A stretch of 60,000 nucleotides of DNA from NCBI GenBank assembly GCA_038087875.1, contig CM075989.1:16184001-16244000 (forward strand). Reading direction: 5' to 3'. Under the pieces are notes generated by a model. The model searched no databases. It saw only the letters and a list, made by a program, of their open reading frames with translations, and was not told where the DNA came from. Positions 52,495-60,000 of the stretch are shown one piece after another; within the stretch, counting starts at the first letter, position 1, and each line of letters starts with the position of its first letter. The translations under genes were made by a program, and so were the position numbers. This stretch comes from Malacoraja senta (taxonomy: Eukaryota).

Positions 52495-52802
52495 CCGGCA
52501 CGGTGGCGCAGTGGTAGAGTTGCTGCCTTACAGCGCTTGCAGTGTCGGAGATCCAGTTTTGATCCCGACGGATGCTGTTCTGTACGGAGTTTGTACATTA
52601 TCCCCGTGACCACACATGTGTCCTCCGAGATCTTCAGTTTCCTCCCACACTCCAAAGACGCACAGGTTTATAGGTGAAATGGCTTTGGTATAAGTATAAA
52701 TTGTCTCTAGTGTGTGTAGGATAGTGTTAATGTGCAGGGATCGCTGGTCGGTGCGGACTCGGGCCGAAGGGCCTGTTTCCGCGCTGTATCTCTAAACTAA
52801 AC
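52495..52802 (+). mobile_element. Full-length HE1/V-SINE-like SINE
   Basis: A box TGGCGCAGTGG, degenerate B box, CR1-like 3' end GGCCGAAGGGCCTGTTTCC and TAAACTAAA tail. Confidence 0.85.
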
Positions 52803-55658
52803 CCATATGACTTTAATATGTTATTTAAATAGCTGATGGAATATCACTCCAAATAATACTGAATTATGATTTTGTTTAAGTTCATGCACAGACAGCATGG
52901 GAAGACAATGGTTTATTTGCTATCAACTTTAGATGATTGGCTTGTTTATGCTTAAGTTGCAGAATGGATTTTGCAGATTTTCAATCAGCACACTAAAGCG
53001 CAAGTTTAAACATAAGAGGTTAGATGCTGAAATTACCAGATAGTCGAAATAAAATTTAATGTTCATTTTGATAGCTGGATTTCATAGGTCAACATAAACG
53101 TACACAAACCTTTGCTCAACAAACGAAAATAAATTCATCTGATTTCATGCATCGTTTACATGCTTATTTTGCATACTAAATTATGGCTTTTTCATGGCTA
53201 AACCTTATTTGGCTTAAGTTTCTTATATGACTGAAAATGGGAAAGTATTAATGCAGATTATTTCCACTCCCATCAAGATTGCAGTTTACTTTCAGAGGTA
53301 AGGGGACAAATACAACTAAGTTTGAATATGCTTTCATTATAAGACTTTGGATGTATGTAGTTTCATCTGTTTCTTTATTACTTCTATAGTGTTGGACTGA
53401 GTCGATGACTTCCAGTCAGTCTTTGCCATATACTTTAAACACCACATCATTCATAAGATGAACATGGGCTGTTTGCAGACTTCTTGCCAGCCATAACCAA
53501 ATGCTTCAATTTCTCTTAGCCTTTGGGAAAGTTGGCATCACTATTTCTGAAAGGTTAATGACCTCATTCATTGTGCTGTTTAAAAAAATAATTGCAGAAG
53601 GCTGGCCGAGGTGGGAGAGCGGTTCTATACTTGACCAGGCCTCCTCTGCCACATTTTGAAAACACCCAGAACACACATTGATCGTCTTGAAGCTCATTGC
53701 TGTTAAGTTATTCAAAAAGACTAACAATTAAAACTAAATAATGGAAACAAGTTAAATTAAGTTTAAATGACAGGTGCTCCACAGCTTACAAATGCCCGAC
53801 TTATGTCCTGCCTGTACATACAAGTGAGCGTTTGGGAGACTAATGGGATGGGTTTGGCAGATTCTGCAGGAATGCAGGTATCTACTGCCGTCTGGGAACT
53901 TGGTTAGTGTCTGGCATTTTCAACGTGAACTGTTTGGGTTACGAACAGTTCGCAAGGATGGAACCGTGCTGTAACCCGGTGGACCTAAAAGTCATAAAAT
54001 AATAAGTAATTCAAAATAAGAATATAAGTAAAGCAATGAATCACCAACATTTTTTTCCACAGGGTCTTTAAATCTGTTCACAAGTTGGCTTGTGCTAATC
54101 GGTCATGGCGGGCATACAGCTGAGGGGACGGGACGGCTGAGGGATGAGATGACTACCAAGTGATCCAAGATCTCAGCTCAGCACATCATAGTTCTGGCCC
54201 TGGCCTTGCTGGTGAGTCTAGCACTGGACCACCAGCTGGCCCCCATTCATGTACTTCAGTACAGAATGGAAGTTGAATGGGGGTTGAACAGAAAGCAAGA
54301 GCTGGCTTGCATTTTCTGTGTGGACTTACTATCAAAAAGTAAATACAATTTGGCTTGATGACAAAATGGAAAATCACTGTGGTGCGCGGCTAGCAGCTAT
54401 GCTTTATTAAACATTGCTTTATTTGGTGTCGCAAAGGCGAGCTTTTAAAAGGTATAAACTTGTAAAAGATATTCAGGTATGTTCCACGGTTGTGATAGAA
54501 TATATTATGGTGGGAGTAAACAAGAGAAGATTCATCCCTTTAACTGTTGTGTAGCTACATTTATAGAGTTTTCCCTATAAATAAATTAAGATAACCTCCC
54601 TTTTTTCCTTTACACGTATTGTACTTTTATACATTTTCTAATTCATAATTGTAACTTAGATTTTACGAACTTTGAAGTTTAGTTTTCCCTACTTGACATT
54701 AAATGTTTCAAAACGTAACAGCATAGTTATTATCTGGAAGTTTAGGCAGCTGTTATCAGCTCCATCATGCTTAATCTCCATCCATACACAGTCTGTCTGA
54801 CTCAGATGTAATTTCTGGTTGGGAAAAAGAACATGAATAAGTTCCTGAGTTTATACTGGATTTGTTTAGCATAAACATTTATTTGACAGTGGAACACTAA
54901 GGAGGACAAAAACAGCCAAATGTTATAAAAGGAAGGAAGCTAGGCATGTGGAAAGGTTAATTAAGCAAAACCAGGGCGGAGAGAGGAATGAATATTGATG
55001 GAGTTTGCAAGGCACCATGCATGAACTTTATGATCCATTAATCGTTTAGAATGTGGTCTTTGTGTGGGAAAGCGACTACAAAATCAAAGATCAAAACAGG
55101 AACAAAATTATGAATCTTATAATGGAGAACACCCATTTTATTTTTTAGCTCTGTATTTTTGTAATTTGTGACAAAGTATTAACACCTTAACATTTATTTT
55201 CCTTATTGTCTTTGGGAACTTTTTTTTCTCCCTCAGTCATCAACAATATTTTGGTGAAGTACTATTACAAACAGTGTCTTAAATACACCTACAGGTGAAG
55301 CCTGTTTAATAATCGCCATGGAGTAACACAGTGATAATCATGCCTGTTGTGTCAATGACTGCTCTTGGAAAATATTACTCAATTCATCCCAATTCCTGGT
55401 CTTTTGCCTGCAGTTCTGTAAATTATTCCTGTTCCCTTTTGAAAGATAAATCCCCTCAAGATTTGAACAGCTCTGTCGAATCTCTCCTTAACCTTTTCTG
55501 TATTAATGAGGCCAGTTGTTCTTGTGTAACTGAAGGTCTTGATCACTCAATAATTTGTATAAATACTTGGATGTGTTAGAAGGTGGTGCCCAGATTTAGC
55601 AGCAACAGTCGGTGAACAAGAGATCAGTTTTGGCAAAGAATTACTAAACTTGTTGAGG

Positions 55659-55849
55659 TGTTTAAGAAAGAACTGCAGATGCTGGAAAAATCGAAGGTAG
55701 ACAAAAATGCTGGAGAAACTCGCGGGTGAGGCAGCATCTATGGAGCGAAGGAATAGGTGACGTTTTGGGTCGACCGAAACATTGCCTATTTCCTTCGCTC
55801 CATAGATGCTGCCTCACCCGTTGAGTTTCTCCAGCATTTTTGTCTACCT
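55659..55849. mobile_element. Palindromic Penelope-terminal-repeat insertion with 12-bp TSD
   Basis: Inverted arms centred near 55770, flanked by AACTTGTTGAGG at 55647-55658 and 55850-55861. Confidence 0.8.
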
Positions 55850-58059
55850 AACTTGTTGAGGCATCGGTAGCTGAATCATAACATGAGGGAGATGACCTGT
55901 TTGAACGCCAGTTGGTGGTGCATCATCAACAATAGCCAGGATAATGTGGTTATTGTCATCTGCCTCAACTACTTTCTCTGGCAATGTAGGAAGGAACTGC
56001 AGATGCTGATTTAAACCAAAGATAGCATGTCTGGAGAGAAGGAATGGGTGACGTTTCGGGTCCAGACCCTTCCTCAGACTAAAGAGGTGCTGCCTGTCCC
56101 ACTAGGTTACTCCAGCTTTTTGTGTCTATCTTTAGTCATTAAACTGCCTGGTATACCCTCCAGATGAATGTGAAATATCCAGTGATTCTATTTCAAACAT
56201 CTGTGTGGATGAAATTCTTTAAAGAAGGATCTCGACCCGAGACATCACCCATTCCTTCTCTCCAGAGATGCTGCCTGTCCTGCTGAGTTACTCCAGCATT
56301 ACGTGTCTATCTACCTTCCCTGGCAACATGTTAAATAATAGCTGTATTCCTGTTGACCACAATTTCCCATTTTCTGCTTGTAGCTGCAAACCACAATTCT
56401 AGTCTAGTTCTATTTTTGTGTTTATACTTGAACAAATCAATCATTCTGGACTCAAATTTTTGGTCATTCATTTAATAAACATGCATTCACAGTGAAACAT
56501 TTATTTGCAATTGACACAACACTGTTTAAATAGCCATGTTTCTTTTGTTCATATCAACTCTTCCAATGGACAAAATCAGGATTGGGACAAGGAGTGTTAA
56601 AATTAATAGTTGCTCAAATCTTTCCCCTGGAACCTGCAAAATAATGGAATAATTGAAGAGAATTTGAGGTAAATGTTTTATTGCAGTGAGTGGTTGATAT
56701 CTGCAATGCTCTTTTGATGTGATAGTGGGATTGGATAAAATCATTTATATTGAAGCTACATCTGGGCAGACATAGGCAAGGCATAGAAGGGATTAGTCTA
56801 TATGGGGGGATGGGGGGTACAGGGGAAAGGTTAGCATGGATGTGGTGGGCCTGTACAAATCTGGCTTTTATGGACATTTTATAGGAAGACTAAAAGTTTA
56901 ATTCTGTATCTCCATCTAGAGGACTTTATTTGTTTTGCAATTATCTGTTCCAAGCTTGGTCCATTTCTGTGAACAATGTTCTTACTTTGAAATATATTTC
57001 ACCTTCTTATTGCTTCATATTCACATCATGGAACTTTGAGTTTGAATTTAGTTTATTGGTAGCTTACCTTATAGATCAGTAATATTCTCGGGTTAGAAAA
57101 GTCATTGTCTTCTGTCGTCCCCAATTAAAATGTCCAGAATAGGAAAAAAGGGCGTAGATTTGAATTATGTTCGATGTTCAAGTGGAATTCGTTTTAATCC
57201 TGAATCCTAACAATACAGTTATCAAAACTTACAAAGCATGAGCAGTTTTTTTAATGGAATATTCAAATAGGTTAAATCACCAATATTTCTTATTTTATTA
57301 TTGGATAGGTGTTGCATGCTAAAGTATTAAATTACATTGCAGATAGACAAATTGCTTTTTCATTTCATATAAATGTCAACTGAATATCAAATTTTTAAAA
57401 TCCAATTTTTTCATAGAAATAGATAACAATTGAGTCAGTCAAAATGGCATCTCTTTAAGGTTCTGCTTATTGGTAATAGATCTCCCTGATTTAGCAAGAA
57501 CTACAATTACAGCGTTGAAGTAGAAGAAAATGTAATCTACATCTCATTTGAGCGGGTTGCCTGAGAGGGGTGGGTGAAAAGAATATGTAATTTACGATGA
57601 TGAAATCTGTCATTGCCATCTGCTTATGGTATCTTTTGAAGACAACAAATGAGTTATTAATTTGAGTACCGGCCAGTATACTTCCTCCCCCCTGCATCAA
57701 TGACAAAGTGGATTATCTGCCTCATTAATTAATTTGCATTCAAATCTCAATGTTGTGTGAAAATTGTCTGCCGCCTCTGCTTGTGTAGCTGGCGGGACAT
57801 CAGTGACGCCCAGCTGGCAGTCCCATGGAGAATTGCTGGTAACCTGTAGTGTGTTCCAGACTTCAGTGCCTGCACAGCGCAGAGGTACAGAATGTGTTGG
57901 AGGTCAGATGTGCTCACATCCAGTTTCTCACTCTGTCCCAAATGGAGTATTATGTTCAGGAATGTTATGTAACTTCATGGAAAAGCAAAATTCCCCAGAT
58001 GGGCACACAGTGCTGGAGTAACTCAGTGGACCAGGCAGCATCTCTGGAGAATAGAGATA

Positions 58060-58586
58060 CAGTGCCCTCCATAATGTTTTGGACAAAGACCCATCATTTA
58101 TTTATTTGCCTCTGTACTCCACAATTTGAGATTTGTAATAGAAAAAAATCACATGGTTAAATTGCACATTGTCAGATAAAGGCCATGTTTATACATTTTG
58201 GTTTCACCATGTAGAAATTACAGCTGTGTTTATACAGGCCTGGCAGAGCATCACCAGAGAAGACATCCAGCAACTGGTGATGTCCATGAATTGCAGACTT
58301 CAAGCAGTCATTGCATACAAAGGATATGCAACAAAATACTAAACATGACTACATTCATTTACATGTCCCAAACATTATGGTGCCCTGAAATGGGGGGACT
58401 ATGTATAAACACTGCTATAATTTCTATGTGGTGAAACCAAAATGTATAAAAATGGCCTTTATTAAAATCTGACAATGTGCACTTTAACATCATGTGATTT
58501 TTTTCTATTACAAATCTCAAATTGTGGATTACAGAGGCAAATAATTAAATAAAAGGTCTTTGTCCCAAACATTATGGAGGGCACTG
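58060..58586 (+). mobile_element. Non-autonomous Tc1/mariner element
   Basis: TA TSDs, long TIRs starting CAGTGCCCTCCATAATGTTT, and an internal transposase C-terminus QAWQSITREDIQQLVMSMNCRLQAVIAYKGYATKY* (58235-58342). Confidence 0.92.
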
Positions 58587-58819
58587 TAGGTGATGTTTCG
58601 GACACTTCTTCAGACTGATTGAAGTGGCCATTCTGGTGCTGTACCTCTCCTGCTATTAATATCTCCTGCACGATAAAAATATTTCGCTATTCAGATTGAT
58701 GTTTTGTCATGAATTGCTGGTTGGATAATTCGTTTTGATCTATTATTCAAAACTTTGTTTTAATCAACTTGCTGCAAACCTGCAACAATAAAAGAAACCC
58801 TGCATATACATTTTGCATC

Positions 58820-59320
58820 CTGGAGTAACTCAGCGTTGTCAGGAGAATATGATAGGTGACATTTCGAGTCAAGAGCCTGCTTCAGACTGATTGTAGGAGT
58901 GTGTGTATGTGAGGGGGGGGGGAGGAAGGAAGCTGGAAAAGGTGAGAGGCAGGACAAAGCGTGGCAGGTAATAGGTTTACATAGGTGGTGGGGGGGGGGG
59001 GGTGATAGGCAGATGATTGGAACAAAGCCAGAGATAAGAAAGGGAGCTGCAAGACAAATATGAAGAACCAGATTGTAGTGTCCGAGGGAGGAAAGTAGCA
59101 GGAGGTGGGGAGAGAGGTAGGCAGTGGAGAGAAATAGGTGAGAGTCCAGGGGATGGGGCGGTCCCTAAAATTGGAGAAATCAATGTTCATACCATTTGGT
59201 TGTAAACTACTCAAACGGAACATGAGGTACTGTTCCTCCAGTTTGGGTGTGGCCTCACTCTGGCAATGGAGGAGGTCAAGGACTAGAAGGTCAGTGTGGG
59301 AATGGGAAGGGAACTTAAAA
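58820..59320 (-). mobile_element. Older Penelope-like fragment
   Basis: The minus strand encodes LDLLHCQSEATPKLEEQYLMFRLSSLQPNGMNIDFSNF, followed by the terminal repeat. Confidence 0.75.
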
Positions 59321-60000
59321 TGTTTCTATAAAATGCTCCAGATGTGGGAAATCTGAAACAAGAACAGAAAATGAAGGAAATGCTCAGCAGGTCAGACGAT
59401 ATCAATGGAGAGAAATGGTGTGAACACGTGTGGATGAACTATTGTAAGGAGATTTTGTAACTTATTGACCTAGCGTACTGCCCATCTGGGCCCTCTGCTT
59501 TATCCCAGCTATGACTTGCACTTGGGAAGAGCCATTCACCTGAATGGAGTCAACAAAAATACGTATTTTAAAGTAGTTTTAATTGTTATAGTTATTTAAA
59601 TCCATTTGAACTATTAACTCCCTGGTTAACTCATCCCTTCCCACCCAAACCTTAGTTTCACTGTCCACCTGATTAATTTTACTGTTTGTGTGCCTCATTG
59701 TCAGCTTCCCCTCAGCTAAAGATGAACCATTCGACATTTCCTTGATCAATGTCCGCCCTGATCTGTCGTTTTCATACCTTGCCCTTCCATATCTCTAGTT
59801 TCCATCTCCCCTGACTCTCAGTCTGAAGAAGGGTCTCAACCCGGAATGTTACCCATTCCTGCTTTCCAGAGATGCTGCCTGTCCGGCTGAGTTACTCCAG
59901 CATTTTGTGTCTACAACTAATTAAAAGTCTGATTATCTGCGACATTTAGCGGTGGAAAAGCTTTGACAAAACAAGCTGCTGAAGCTGTCAGGGCAGGGCC

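Noticed and set aside
52495..52580. tRNA gene
   Set aside because: The A and B boxes belong to a SINE head; there is no complete cloverleaf.
1..60000. CRISPR array or prokaryotic system
   Set aside because: The repeats are dispersed eukaryotic transposons with no regular repeat-spacer pattern, and the genes are spliced.

Overview
Vertebrate genomic DNA, most likely a cartilaginous fish (skate or ray), inferred from its HE1/V-SINE-like, CR1, L2, Rex1/Babar and Penelope repeats. Two genes diverge head-to-head. ADAM10 is on the minus strand, with exon 1 at 20607-20673 and exon 2 at 4238-4388, and continues off the left edge. MINDY2 (FAM63B) is on the plus strand, with exons 1-3 at 27679-28452, 28877-28934 and 35899-35963; I did not find exon 4. 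The rest is intron or intergenic DNA full of mobile elements, with a 200-N gap at 37247-37446. Highlights: (1) a non-autonomous Helitron-like element in ADAM10 intron 2 carrying a tandemly duplicated HTRA2-like exon 1 with a splice donor; (2) Penelope-derived short insertions carrying a minimal hammerhead ribozyme core, several with their own target-site duplications and some palindromic; (3) an orphan CpG island in ADAM10 intron 1 with a perfect DR1 site and a 109-bp inverted repeat; (4) a G-quadruplex-forming repeat just upstream of the ADAM10 start codon; (5) a candidate in-frame 30-nt MINDY2 microexon. Repeat boundaries were set by eye and are approximate.
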